64,000 nucleotides of DNA from Thermoplasmata archaeon (lineage in GTDB: Archaea > Thermoplasmatota > Thermoplasmata > Lutacidiplasmatales > UBA184), in NCBI GenBank assembly GCA_022750055.1, contig JAKIWL010000002.1:21042-85041 (forward strand). Direction: 5' to 3'. The translations under genes and the position numbers were made by a program. Every line of letters begins with the position of its first letter. Positions within the stretch are counted from its first letter, which is position 1. The notes beneath the pieces were generated by a model. It was not told where the DNA came from. It searched no databases and saw only the letters and a list, made by a program, of their open reading frames with translations. Of the stretch, positions 27,936 through 37,429 are shown piece by piece.

Positions 27936-28876
27936 TGCCCCCCACCGGCTCGCGCGACCTTGTGTCATCCGGTCTGGAGAGCGGAGCGGCCGGGTACCGG
28001 CAGCGGCTTCCGATGTGGATCCGTACTCGTCCCCCGACGGGGGAGCAGTACCCTCAGGTTCGTTCCATCCTTTCAGAACTGAAGCTCGGCACCGTCTGCC
28101 GGGAGGCCCGATGCCCGAACCTTTCGGAGTGCTGGTCCGCGGGGACCGCCACCCTCATGCTGCTCGGGACCGATTGCACGAGGCGGTGCACCTTCTGTGC
28201 CGTTACGACCCGCTCCCCTCATGGAGTGGTCGATGCGACCGAGCCCGATAGGGTCGCCGAGGCGGTGGCCCGATGGGGCCTGCGTTACGTCGTCCTGACC
28301 CAGGTCTGCCGGGACGACCTTTCGGATGGGGGAGCCGGTCATCTCGCCAAGACCGTTGGGGCGATCCGAGCGCGGACCCCGGGTACACGGGTCGAGCTCC
28401 TGATCGGCGACCTCGCCGGCCACGCCCGCTCGCTCGAGACGGTCTTGGCCGCGCGACCGGACGTCCTAGCGCACAACATCGAGACGGTGGAACGACTCTC
28501 CGCCGAGGTCCGGGACCGGCGCGCGGGCTACTCCCGATCCTTGGATCTGCTCGCCCGTGCGAAGACCGGCCCGTCCTCGGCCCCCGTTACCAAGAGCTCG
28601 GTCATGCTCGGACTGGGCGAGACCGAGGAGGAGCTGATCGAGACGTTCAAGGCCCTCCGGGGCGTGGGCGTCGACCTCCTGACCCTCGGACAGTACCTCC
28701 GTCCGAGCCCGGCACATCGCCCGGTGGACCGATTCGTGACTCCGGAGGAGTTCGCTCGATACCGAGTGGAGGCGCTCGACGCCGGATTCTCCGGGGTCGA
28801 GTCGGGCCCGCTGGTCCGTAGCTCCTACCACGCCTCGGACCTCTTTGAAGCGGCCGCGGGTAGAGCGGAGACCTGA
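27935..28876 (+). CDS. lipA: Lipoyl synthase (radical SAM)
   Basis: N-terminal auxiliary cluster CREARCPNLSEC. Radical SAM CTRRCTFC. LipA-typical SYHASD near the C-terminus. ATG overlaps the cdc6-2 TAA by 1 nt. Confidence 0.9.
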   Translation: MPPTGSRDLVSSGLESGAAGYRQRLPMWIRTRPPTGEQYPQVRSILSELKLGTVCREARCPNLSECWSAGTATLMLLGTDCTRRCTFCAVTTRSPHGVVDATEPDRVAEAVARWGLRYVVLTQVCRDDLSDGGAGHLAKTVGAIRARTPGTRVELLIGDLAGHARSLETVLAARPDVLAHNIETVERLSAEVRDRRAGYSRSLDLLARAKTGPSSAPVTKSSVMLGLGETEEELIETFKALRGVGVDLLTLGQYLRPSPAHRPVDRFVTPEEFARYRVEALDAGFSGVESGPLVRSSYHASDLFEAAAGRAET

Positions 28877-28878
28877 GC

Positions 28879-29241
28879 ATGGCCAAGAAGGCGCGACGAA
28901 AGCTCGAAGAAGAGGAGGCGCACGAGGCGTTCCGGTTCCCAGACTTCGATGAGCGTGCGTTCCTGGCTCACGAATACGAACAAACCATCGCGACCGTGCT
29001 CGCGGTCCTGTTCGCCGTGGGTTTGGCCGCGATGGGCTGGGCGCTCGACCACACCGGGTTGACCGCGGCGGTCCCCTGGATCCTCGGGTTCGCCGGGGTA
29101 TTCGCAACCCCGTTCGTCATCCGCACCGTCCGCCCCCGGTCGGAGGAGTACACCAAGGGCGACTGGGCGTGGATCATCTTGACGACGTTCTTCGGATGGC
29201 TCGGGATCTGGTTCCTGCTCCTGAACCTGTTCCCTTCCTAG
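28879..29241 (+). CDS. Small membrane protein (120 aa, about 3 TM)
   Basis: MAKKARRKLEEEE... followed by hydrophobic helices IATVLAVLFAVGLAAMGWAL, VPWILGFAGVFATPFVI, WAWIILTTFFGWLGIWFLLLNLF. Starts 3 nt after lipA. Convergent 4-nt overlap with cca. Confidence 0.55.
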   Translation: MAKKARRKLEEEEAHEAFRFPDFDERAFLAHEYEQTIATVLAVLFAVGLAAMGWALDHTGLTAAVPWILGFAGVFATPFVIRTVRPRSEEYTKGDWAWIILTTFFGWLGIWFLLLNLFPS

Positions 29242-30656
29242 TCCGGTGGAGCGCGAAGCCACGGCAGACGCCGGTCGAGCAGGTCGCCGAGTGCCGCGAG
29301 CAGTTCGGGACTGCTAGAAACGTCGGACAGGGGCCGGAGGGCGGTCGAGGGTCCGACTCCGTCCTTCAGGTCCTTTCCGATCGGGAGCCGGGAGAGTTCG
29401 GCCGTCAGTAAGGGCTCGATCCCGCGTTCGGCCCGCCGGGTGTCGACGGCCAGCTTTCCCGCCTCCGTGAGGTACGGGCCCTGAAGGACTGGGGCCGCTG
29501 GCGCGGTCCATTTCGCGAGGAACTCTGAACCCCGGTCGATGCCGGCCGGAGGACCCTCGTGAACTCGCACCTTCGGCAACTCGGCGTGGTCCACCTCGAC
29601 CAGTACGACCAGATGGGAGGGGCCGGCCCCCGACGCGCTGCCCAGGACGGTGTAGCCGAGCCGCGCCGAGGCTTCCGAAAGGGTCCGTTCGGCCTTGCGG
29701 AGCTGGGGATAGAGGATGTCATCGACGAGCTTGGGGCGCGGGAGCGTGAGGACGGTGACGTGGGTCCCGCGTTCCGCGAGCCGCTGACGCGAGCTCGCCA
29801 GCGTCAGGACCCGGCTCGGATGGACCTCGAAGAAGCGGGGGTCGGGTTCGGCCAGGTAGGCGGCCGACCCGAGGATGAGCAGTCCGAGGTTGCGCCAGGA
29901 CAGCGCGGTCGCGACATTGCGGTTCGGGTCGACCGGATCGTCCAGGATGAGCGCCACGTCCGCGGGAACCCGAGGCCGAGCGGCCGGGTCGGTCGGCAGA
30001 TGGACCGGGATCCGCCAGTGCTCGGCTTGACGAAGCAGGGCTCGCAGCGACCCGAATCGTACCACGAGCAGCTCAACGAGGTATCCGGAGAACCCGCCGG
30101 TTCGGGCCTCCGAGCCGTAGGCACCGAGAGCCCGCAGGAACTGCTTGGCGAGCCGTATCTCCCCGACGAGAGCCGGGGTGGAGCGGGCTTGGAGGTACCG
30201 TTGGTGGAACGGGGTCCGGTCGACCGCGCTCAACGGGTGAGATGGGTCGTCGATCGCGTACCCGGGAACCGCGTCGACGGCGAACCTCTCGAAGGTGCCT
30301 CGCAGGTAGGGATGCTCGGCGTAGCGAGTCTCTGGCGCTTCCAACAGCTCCCTGGCGATCGCCATCCCCTCGCGCTCGAGCCCTTCCCGGTCGAGCGACG
30401 GTGGGAACAGCATGAAAAAATCGATGTCCAACCGATCGACGAGGAAGGTTCCCCGGGCCGCGCTTCCGGCCACGAGGCAACGCACCATCGGCGAGTGCCG
30501 TCTGCCGGCCGCCTCCGAGGCTCGCGCGACAAGATCGGCGCCCGCCTTGGAGACCCGAGCGAGGAGGGCAGGGTCGGGGGAGATACGGGCGAGGGCCGCC
30601 CGTTCGATCGGTTCGGCCTTCCGGTCGCCGTCGACGGAGTCGTCGGAGCCCGTCAT
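29238..30656 (-). CDS. cca: CCA-adding tRNA nucleotidyltransferase, archaeal class I
   Basis: Start trimmed to ATG 30656 (472 aa). The track's 791-aa version has a junk N-terminal extension. Collinear with archaeal CCA enzymes: GSAARGTFLVDRLDIDFFMLFP (NTase motif), RYAEHPY, AVDRTPFH, GFSGYLVELLVV, DPVDPNRNVA, YPQLRKAERTL, VEVDHAELPKV. Confidence 0.9.
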   Translation of the reverse strand: MTGSDDSVDGDRKAEPIERAALARISPDPALLARVSKAGADLVARASEAAGRRHSPMVRCLVAGSAARGTFLVDRLDIDFFMLFPPSLDREGLEREGMAIARELLEAPETRYAEHPYLRGTFERFAVDAVPGYAIDDPSHPLSAVDRTPFHQRYLQARSTPALVGEIRLAKQFLRALGAYGSEARTGGFSGYLVELLVVRFGSLRALLRQAEHWRIPVHLPTDPAARPRVPADVALILDDPVDPNRNVATALSWRNLGLLILGSAAYLAEPDPRFFEVHPSRVLTLASSRQRLAERGTHVTVLTLPRPKLVDDILYPQLRKAERTLSEASARLGYTVLGSASGAGPSHLVVLVEVDHAELPKVRVHEGPPAGIDRGSEFLAKWTAPAAPVLQGPYLTEAGKLAVDTRRAERGIEPLLTAELSRLPIGKDLKDGVGPSTALRPLSDVSSSPELLAALGDLLDRRLPWLRAPPD

Positions 30657-30785
30657 CGAGTTCCGGACGGCGGCTAGGAATTGAAACCTTCCCTGGGGAG
30701 AGAGGACCCCCTGCGGAACTGCCCGAGGCCGCCGGCGAGGAGTTATGCTCGGCGGCTCGCTAACGGTATCGGGGTAGGTAGATCG

Positions 30786-31850
30786 ATGGAAGCGGCCCAT
30801 CATCCGGCCATCCTCGGGGAGTCGGTCGGGGGCGGCAAGGTGCGCTGCACGGCGTGCGCGCGCTACTGCGTCATCCCGTTGGGGTCCCACGGATTCTGTT
30901 TCGTCAGGAAGAACGAGGCCGGACAGTTGGTCCTGTTGACCTACGGCCGGGCCGCCGCGACCCAGGTCGACCCGGTAGAGAAGAAGCCGCTTTCTCACTT
31001 CCACCCGGGCTCTCGGGTCCTGTCGATCGGGACGGTGGGATGCAACTGGCGATGCCAGTACTGCCAGAACGCCGAGATCTCCCAGGAGCACGTCGTGAGG
31101 GGTCGCGCGCTCTCCCCGGTCGATGCGGTCCGGATGGCCGAACGATTCGATTGCCAAGGGATGACGTTCACGTACAACGAGCCGACGATCTTCATCGAAT
31201 ACGCGCTCGACGTGATCCGACAGGCCCACGAGCACGGGCTCTTCGCGAATTTCGTCACGAACGGTTACATGACGCCGGAAGCCGTCTCGTTGATCGGGAG
31301 CGAGCTGGACGCCGTGAGCGTCGATTTCAAGGGGAGCGGGGAGGAGTCGTTCATGCGGAAGTACATCTCCGCGAAGGGTCCCGCTCCGATCCTCGAGACG
31401 ATGGAGGGCTTGCAAGCGCGGGGGGCCCATGTCGAGGTGACGGACCTGATCGTCCCGGAGGTGGGGGACGACCCGGAGGCGCTGCGCCGCTTGGTCCGCG
31501 TGGTCCGGGACCGGCTCGGGGCCGAGACCCCTTTCCACCTGTTGCGATGGCACCCGGACTACAAGATGATGGACCTGCCCGAAACCCCGATCCCGACGCT
31601 GGAACGGCTGCACGCGATCGCCAAGGCCGAGGGGCTACGGTACGTCTACCTCGGGAACGTCTGGGGTCACCCCCTGGAGCACACGTACTGTCCCGAGTGT
31701 GGTGCAAGGGCGGTGGAGCGATTCGGTTTCACGATCCAGAGATGGAACCTCGACTCAGACAACCGGTGCCGCGCCTGCGGAAACCGGATTCCCATCGTCG
31801 GGAGGCTGGCATCGAACTACATCCCGACGTTCGCCCAAGCGGTCGGGTGA
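30786..31850 (+). CDS. Radical SAM enzyme of the AmmeMemoRadiSam (AmrS) / PFL-activase-like type
   Basis: Start trimmed to ATG 30786 (MEAAHHPAILG...). N-terminal Cys cluster CTACARYC...GFCFVR. Radical SAM motif GCNWRCQYCQN. C-terminal CPECGARA...CRACG zinc ribbon. 354 aa. Confidence 0.8.
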   Translation: MEAAHHPAILGESVGGGKVRCTACARYCVIPLGSHGFCFVRKNEAGQLVLLTYGRAAATQVDPVEKKPLSHFHPGSRVLSIGTVGCNWRCQYCQNAEISQEHVVRGRALSPVDAVRMAERFDCQGMTFTYNEPTIFIEYALDVIRQAHEHGLFANFVTNGYMTPEAVSLIGSELDAVSVDFKGSGEESFMRKYISAKGPAPILETMEGLQARGAHVEVTDLIVPEVGDDPEALRRLVRVVRDRLGAETPFHLLRWHPDYKMMDLPETPIPTLERLHAIAKAEGLRYVYLGNVWGHPLEHTYCPECGARAVERFGFTIQRWNLDSDNRCRACGNRIPIVGRLASNYIPTFAQAVG

Positions 31851-31922
31851 GGAAACCACCCCCTCCGGTCCCACCCGCCGTCCCGTCACCATTATCCACA
31901 TCCCGGCTACCCGACGGTTGGC

Positions 31923-34900
31923 ATGCTCTCCTCGCACTCCGGAAGACGCGTACCTGCCGGAGCGCGCCGCCTTCGCACTCGGTTCGGGCCGGCGGTCGTC
32001 GCGCTGCTTCTTGCCATACCCGCGGGCGGGTGGCTCGTCGGTTCAATGAACCGATTGGCCGCACCCGGCTCCACCGCGCCCGTCGCCCCCTTGGGCCTGG
32101 TAGTGGGTTCCCATGGTCCTTCGCCGCATTCACTTGCGTCGCCGGTTCCGACCGGTTCCAGCGACCTGCGCTCTTCCTCCTCGACCCACCCGCTCATCCT
32201 CACCGCATCCACCGTGGACCTCGTCGGGAACCGGGTCCTGACCGGAACCTCTGCGGTACGATATGCGAATCAGGTCGACGGGATCGCCTACGATGCGTCC
32301 CAGAACTTGGTGTTCGTCGCGGGGGCCAGTTCGAATTCGGTGATCGGGGTGGACCCTTCGACGGGAGCGACCCAGACCGTGGCGGGTCCCCTGATCACCG
32401 GAAATGCGACGGCCCTGAATCCCTCACCGGCCGGCCTCGCCTATGACTCGGTCGACCACCAGCTGTTCGCTTCCGACCCGGCCCTCGACCGGGTCGAGAT
32501 CTTCAACGTCTCCACCACCGGCCCTTCGTTCTCGTTCTTCCAGTCGCTGCAACTGGCCGTCGGGTCCCACCCGGAGGGACTCCTGTGGCTCTCGTCTCCC
32601 GACGCGGTGTTCGTCGCCGACGAAGGGACTGACGCGGTGACCTCCATCAGTGGGGCAACCGACACCTTCCTCGGAAACGTCACGGTCGGGGGCGGCCCGG
32701 TGTCGATGACGTACGACCCGACGCAGGGATACGTCTACGTCGCCGACTCGGCAACGGCCGACATGTCGTGGTTCCTCCCGAGCACCCTCGTAGAGGGCAC
32801 GTCGACCTTCCCGGTCAAGAACAACCCAACCCAGATCGCCCTCGACCCATCCGATGACACGATCTGGGTGGCGACGGCGTCGTATATCACGGTCATCAAC
32901 AGCGCGACCCGGGCCTCCTCCTTCAACTTGACGTTCCCCGCATCGACGCGGATCTCTGGTCTCCTCTGGGATCCCCTCCTTGGAGAGATCGTGGCGGCCA
33001 ACGTACCGGCCAACACGCTCTCGTTTTTCAACAACTCCGGAGGGATCACGGGTAACGTCAGCACCGGTGGCGCCCCGTCGGCGATGGTGGAGAACTCGGT
33101 GCTCCAAGAGGTCGACCTGATCGACCCTGCGTCCAACAACCTGATCCGGGTCTCGGACCTCTCCGAGACCGTCGTCGGGACCGTTCTGGTCGGCGTGTCG
33201 CCCGGTCTCTCCGCCTTCGACCCGGTGACCGACCGGCTCGTCGTGCCCGACACCACCTCGGACCGGGTCGTCGAGGTGAACGTTCGGGCGGTCGCCCCGG
33301 GGGATGCGCCCCGCGTCCGATCCCTGTTCGTGCCGGGGCACCCGGTCGCGGCCACATTCGACCCGATCGCGGCGTCGATCGTTGTCGCGCTGGTGGGAGG
33401 GACGGTCGTCGCCCTGAACTCGACCTCGGGGGCGGTGCTGCGGACGACGAACCTGGGGACCTCCTACACCCTGTACGATACCCTCTACGCGAACCACCAG
33501 GTCTTCGTGACCGGCGGCACCAATCTCTTGTGGTCCCTTGACCCGAAGACCCTGGCGGCTTCGGCCACGATTCAGATCACCTCGCTCGCCTCCTCCCCCC
33601 GACTCATGGCCTATTCACCGGCCACCCAGCTACTCTATGTCACCCTCGCCCTCACGGGCAAGGTCGCGGTTGTGAACACGTCGACCGACCTCGTGATTAC
33701 CGCCTTCCCCGCGGGAGCGAATCCGTACGGGATCGCCCTCGACACCTCCAACGGGGACCTCTTCGTGGCGGACTCGGGCGCGAACGCGGTCAATGTGATC
33801 GACCCTCGGACCGGGACTTCCCTAGCCCTGCTGACCGTCGGCACGGCCCCATCGGCACTCCTGTATGTGGCCAGCGCGCAGGAGGTCTACGTGTCGGACA
33901 CCCGGTCGAACACGGTCACCGTGTTGAACGCGAACTCCTACGCCGTCGTCGCCGTCGTGGCCGTCGGGGAGTATCCGACCGGCCTCGCCCTTTCGAACGT
34001 CTCCGGGGATGTGTTCGTTTCAGACGTCCCGGACTCTGCACTCTCGGTGATCCCCGCGACGACCCCCGGGGGGGTCCCATTCAGCGCGCGCCTGAGCGTG
34101 GCGCCCGTCCGGACCGACGTGGGAACAACGGTGGTCTATACGACGAGCGCCTCGTACCCCGCTTGGGACTTCTCCTACCAGTACGGCGCACTACCGGCAG
34201 GGTGCGTGAGCGCGAACGCTTCGGTCTTGCGCTGCACTACCTCCGGGTCGGCGGGAGGGGTGAACGCTACGGTCCTCCTCACGAGTGCAGGAGGAGACAC
34301 GGCGAGCGCAACGACCCCGCTCACGCTGATCCCGGGCGTTTCCATCGCATCCTTCACGACGTCTCGGGCCATTGTCACCTTAGGCATCCCGATCACGTTT
34401 GCGATCGTGGCCGTCGGCGGTTCGCCCCCCTACACCTATTCCTATCCGGCTTTGCCCCCCGGCTGCCCGGCCGTCACCACCGCGCAGTTCACCTGCACGC
34501 CGAGGTCCACGGGCCAGTACACCTCAGAAGTGCTCGTGGTCGACCAGTCCCGCCTTCCGGCAACCTCCTCCGTGACCATCACGGTGAACCCCCTCTTGGT
34601 GTCGAACCCGAGCGTCTCCCCGGCGACGATCGTGCTGGGCCAAACCGCCACGATCCTGGCCAACGTCTCGCAGGGGACCACGCCGTACTTGATCTCATAC
34701 TCGAACCTGCCCCCGGGTTGCCAGACGAAGAACCTGAGCTCCCTTCCATGCGAACCGACCGGCACGGGGAATTTCTCGATCACGCTGCGCATCGTCGACT
34801 CGAGCGGCGCTCCGGCGACCCGCACCGTCAACCTCCTCGTGGTTGCGCCAGCGGCGGCCTCCCACGGGCCCCCTGTGACCGTCTATGCGATCCTCGCGGC

Positions 34901-35273
34901 CGGTGTCGTCGTCGCAATCGTGGCGGTGGTCCTCTACCTCCTCCGTCGGTCGCCTAAGCGCTCCCTAGGACCCGAGGAGGAGGCTTCGTCCGATCCAGGG
35001 CCCGCCCCGGAGACCTATTCCACCACGTCGCGCTCCATCCCACGCCTCCCGGTCTTTCCCGCGGAGGCGCCGGGGCCCGAACCTGCGGTCGGCGCGCCGC
35101 GCTACTTCAGCCCGTCTGCCGAGGAGGCCGCGGAGGTCGCCCCACCGGCTTCCGCCCCCGCCGCGCCATCCGGCGGCCCGCGGGCCAACATCGTCTGCCG
35201 GAACTGCGGAGCGGTCAACGAGGCGTGGATCACCCACTGCCGCTCGTGCAAGCGTCCTCTCCAGTTCACGTAG
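31923..35273 (+). CDS. Giant YVTN/NHL-type beta-propeller repeat cell-surface protein with signal peptide, Ig-like S/T-rich region, C-terminal TM, long Pro/Ala-rich cytoplasmic tail and terminal C4 zinc ribbon
   Basis: More than 12 about 40-aa repeats of the form x-P-x-G-(I/L)-A-(Y/L)-D...(V/L)(F/Y)V(A/S)(D/N)...(N/D)-x-V-x-V-(I/F)-(D/N). Signal FGPAVVALLLAIPAGGWLV. TM VTVYAILAAGVVVAIVAVVLYLL followed by RRSPKRS. The last 24 aa are IVCRNCGAVNEAWITHCRSCKRPLQFT. Confidence 0.8.
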   Translation: MLSSHSGRRVPAGARRLRTRFGPAVVALLLAIPAGGWLVGSMNRLAAPGSTAPVAPLGLVVGSHGPSPHSLASPVPTGSSDLRSSSSTHPLILTASTVDLVGNRVLTGTSAVRYANQVDGIAYDASQNLVFVAGASSNSVIGVDPSTGATQTVAGPLITGNATALNPSPAGLAYDSVDHQLFASDPALDRVEIFNVSTTGPSFSFFQSLQLAVGSHPEGLLWLSSPDAVFVADEGTDAVTSISGATDTFLGNVTVGGGPVSMTYDPTQGYVYVADSATADMSWFLPSTLVEGTSTFPVKNNPTQIALDPSDDTIWVATASYITVINSATRASSFNLTFPASTRISGLLWDPLLGEIVAANVPANTLSFFNNSGGITGNVSTGGAPSAMVENSVLQEVDLIDPASNNLIRVSDLSETVVGTVLVGVSPGLSAFDPVTDRLVVPDTTSDRVVEVNVRAVAPGDAPRVRSLFVPGHPVAATFDPIAASIVVALVGGTVVALNSTSGAVLRTTNLGTSYTLYDTLYANHQVFVTGGTNLLWSLDPKTLAASATIQITSLASSPRLMAYSPATQLLYVTLALTGKVAVVNTSTDLVITAFPAGANPYGIALDTSNGDLFVADSGANAVNVIDPRTGTSLALLTVGTAPSALLYVASAQEVYVSDTRSNTVTVLNANSYAVVAVVAVGEYPTGLALSNVSGDVFVSDVPDSALSVIPATTPGGVPFSARLSVAPVRTDVGTTVVYTTSASYPAWDFSYQYGALPAGCVSANASVLRCTTSGSAGGVNATVLLTSAGGDTASATTPLTLIPGVSIASFTTSRAIVTLGIPITFAIVAVGGSPPYTYSYPALPPGCPAVTTAQFTCTPRSTGQYTSEVLVVDQSRLPATSSVTITVNPLLVSNPSVSPATIVLGQTATILANVSQGTTPYLISYSNLPPGCQTKNLSSLPCEPTGTGNFSITLRIVDSSGAPATRTVNLLVVAPAAASHGPPVTVYAILAAGVVVAIVAVVLYLLRRSPKRSLGPEEEASSDPGPAPETYSTTSRSIPRLPVFPAEAPGPEPAVGAPRYFSPSAEEAAEVAPPASAPAAPSGGPRANIVCRNCGAVNEAWITHCRSCKRPLQFT

Positions 35274-35448
35274 TCGCACGACCGGCTGTGGGGGCCGCCC
35301 TCGAACTCGAGCCCGCCCAAGCCGGCTTCGACCCGATCGCCCCATTCACCGACCGTCCACGGTTCGCTAGCACGCGGGGGCCGGCCCCTCGCTCCCGTGA
35401 AAACGACCGCAAGAGCAAGGTTTTTGCTGTCCGTTACGTCCCCTGGAG

Positions 35449-36297
35449 ATGGTGGTCGGGAACTTCATCACCCGGCTCGACCGGATCGTTCGGACCCGGG
35501 ACTCGTTATTATGCGTCGGTCTCGACCCGGACCCCCGCCAGATGCCCGCGTCGTTGTCGGGCTCCGGGGAACCCGCCCAGTTGACGCGCTTCCTCGACGG
35601 GATCATCCGGACGACCGCGCCCCACGCGGCCGCGTTCAAGTGCCAGCTCGGCTCCTACCTCGCCTTCGGCTCAGCGGGTCTTGCGCAACTGGGACGTTTG
35701 ACGAAGCGGATTGGCCCAGGTCACCTTCGGATCCTCGACCTGAAGGCGAACGATATCCCGAACACGATGCGTCTCATCCGGGACGGGGCCTTCGGGGCGC
35801 TCGGCTTCGATGCGGTCACGGTCACCCCGTGGCTCGGCTGGGAGACCCTCGAGCCGTTCGCAGAGGATCCCGAGCACGGCATCTTCGTGGTCGCCCACTC
35901 CACTAACCCAGGGGCCCCGGATTTTCAGGAGATCCCGACCCCTCGGGGTCCCCTGTGGCTCGCCGTCGTTGCCGAGGTGGGGCGGATCGCCCGGGCGCAT
36001 GGCAACGCGGGCGTCGTGGTCGGGGCCACGTACTCCGAGCTCCTTCGGGCGAGTCGCGAGCGGCTCGGCGAGGCCGTTCCGATCCTCATCCCCGGAGTGG
36101 GCGCCCAGGGGGGCCGGCTCTCCACGTCGGTCCGGGAAGGGGTCGATGCGAACGGGCGCGCGCTCCTGGTGAACTCGTCGCGCTCCATCCTCTACGCCTC
36201 CACCGGTCCGGACTGGGCCGATGCGGCGGGCCTCGAGGCGCGGCGCCTGAAGGAACAGATCAACCAGCTTCGATCAGGGTTCCGTAAAGCCGAATGA
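35449..36297 (+). CDS. pyrF: Orotidine 5'-phosphate decarboxylase (type 2)
   Basis: SLLCVGLDPDP, HAAAFKCQLGSYLAFG, ILDLKANDIPNTMR, VTVTPWLGWE, and C-terminal PGVGAQGG are type-2 OMPdecase signatures. 282 aa. Confidence 0.85.
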   Translation: MVVGNFITRLDRIVRTRDSLLCVGLDPDPRQMPASLSGSGEPAQLTRFLDGIIRTTAPHAAAFKCQLGSYLAFGSAGLAQLGRLTKRIGPGHLRILDLKANDIPNTMRLIRDGAFGALGFDAVTVTPWLGWETLEPFAEDPEHGIFVVAHSTNPGAPDFQEIPTPRGPLWLAVVAEVGRIARAHGNAGVVVGATYSELLRASRERLGEAVPILIPGVGAQGGRLSTSVREGVDANGRALLVNSSRSILYASTGPDWADAAGLEARRLKEQINQLRSGFRKAE

Positions 36298-37393
36298 GCG
36301 AGTCGACGACGGTCTGAACCCCGAAGCGTTCCTCGGCCCGGGCGCGGGCCGCCCGCCCCATGACCGCCCGCCGCGCCGGGTCGTCGAGCAGCTCTTCGAT
36401 CCGGGCGGCCAACTCCCCCAGAAGCATCGGGTCCGTGAGCAATCCCTGAACGCCCGGTTCGATGACCTCGCGGACCCCCGGCATGTCCGCGACCACCACG
36501 GGGATCCCTGAGGCCATCGCCTCGGCGACCGCGAGGCCGAACCCCTCGAGCCGGTTCTGGGAGGGGAACACGAACAGGTCGGCCGCACGAAAGAACTCCG
36601 GGAGCTCGTCGTCCCCGACGGCGGGACAGAACCGGACCCGCTCTTCGACGTTGAGCCGGCGGGCGACGGCCATCAGAGAATCGAGCTTGGGCCCGCGGCC
36701 CACCACGACGAGGGCGACATCCTCCGGGAGCCGTGCGAGAGCCCGGAGGATCTGGTCGACCCCTTTGTGAGGTACGAGGCGGCCCGTGAACAGGATCACC
36801 CGCCGTCCGGTGAGGCCGAGGCGGGCCCGGATCGCCTCTCCCGAGATGTCCGGACGGAATCGGTCGAGGTCGACGGCGGAAGGGATGATGTCGACGCGCC
36901 GACCCCGTAACGGCGTCGAGGTGTCGGCGTACGTCCGCGTGTGCGCGATGATCCGCTGGGCGCGTCGCAGGGTCGAGGGAAGCAACCACCCCTCGTACAG
37001 GGCGGTGAGCAACCGACCGACGGGTCCGGGTCGGTACAGGTCGCAGTGGTAGGTGAGACAGACCGGGGTCCGACGGCCGGCGAGCCCGCGGGCCGCGTAG
37101 TACGACGTGAGCGGGGGGGGATAGTGCAGGTGCACCACGTCGGCCTCGATGGTTCGGACCAGCCGACGGGTGCCCGGGTCGATCGGGGTGTCGAGCCAGA
37201 CCCCCAGGGTCCGGGCGCGAACGATGCGGTAGCCGGCGCGTTCCTCCTCGATGGGAAGGGAGCGGTCGTATCGGGAGGTAAGGACGGTCACCTCGTGGCC
37301 GCGCCGGACCAACTCCTCGGTGAGCCGGCGGACGTAGGCCTCGACCCCACCGGAATGAGGATCGTAGAATGGGGTGACCTGAAGGATCCTCAC
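36260..37393 (-). CDS. Glycosyltransferase family 4 (GT-B)
   Basis: N-terminal MRILQVTPFYDPHSGGVEAYVRRLTEEL...HEVTVLT. C-terminal EGFGLAVAEAMASGIPVV (the E-x7-E motif). 377 aa. Convergent overlap with pyrF. Confidence 0.85.
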   Translation of the reverse strand: MRILQVTPFYDPHSGGVEAYVRRLTEELVRRGHEVTVLTSRYDRSLPIEEERAGYRIVRARTLGVWLDTPIDPGTRRLVRTIEADVVHLHYPPPLTSYYAARGLAGRRTPVCLTYHCDLYRPGPVGRLLTALYEGWLLPSTLRRAQRIIAHTRTYADTSTPLRGRRVDIIPSAVDLDRFRPDISGEAIRARLGLTGRRVILFTGRLVPHKGVDQILRALARLPEDVALVVVGRGPKLDSLMAVARRLNVEERVRFCPAVGDDELPEFFRAADLFVFPSQNRLEGFGLAVAEAMASGIPVVVADMPGVREVIEPGVQGLLTDPMLLGELAARIEELLDDPARRAVMGRAARARAEERFGVQTVVDSLIRLYGTLIEAG

Positions 37394-37429
37394 GAACCGG
37401 GCGGCCTCCTCGCGTGCCGGTCGGGCGGC

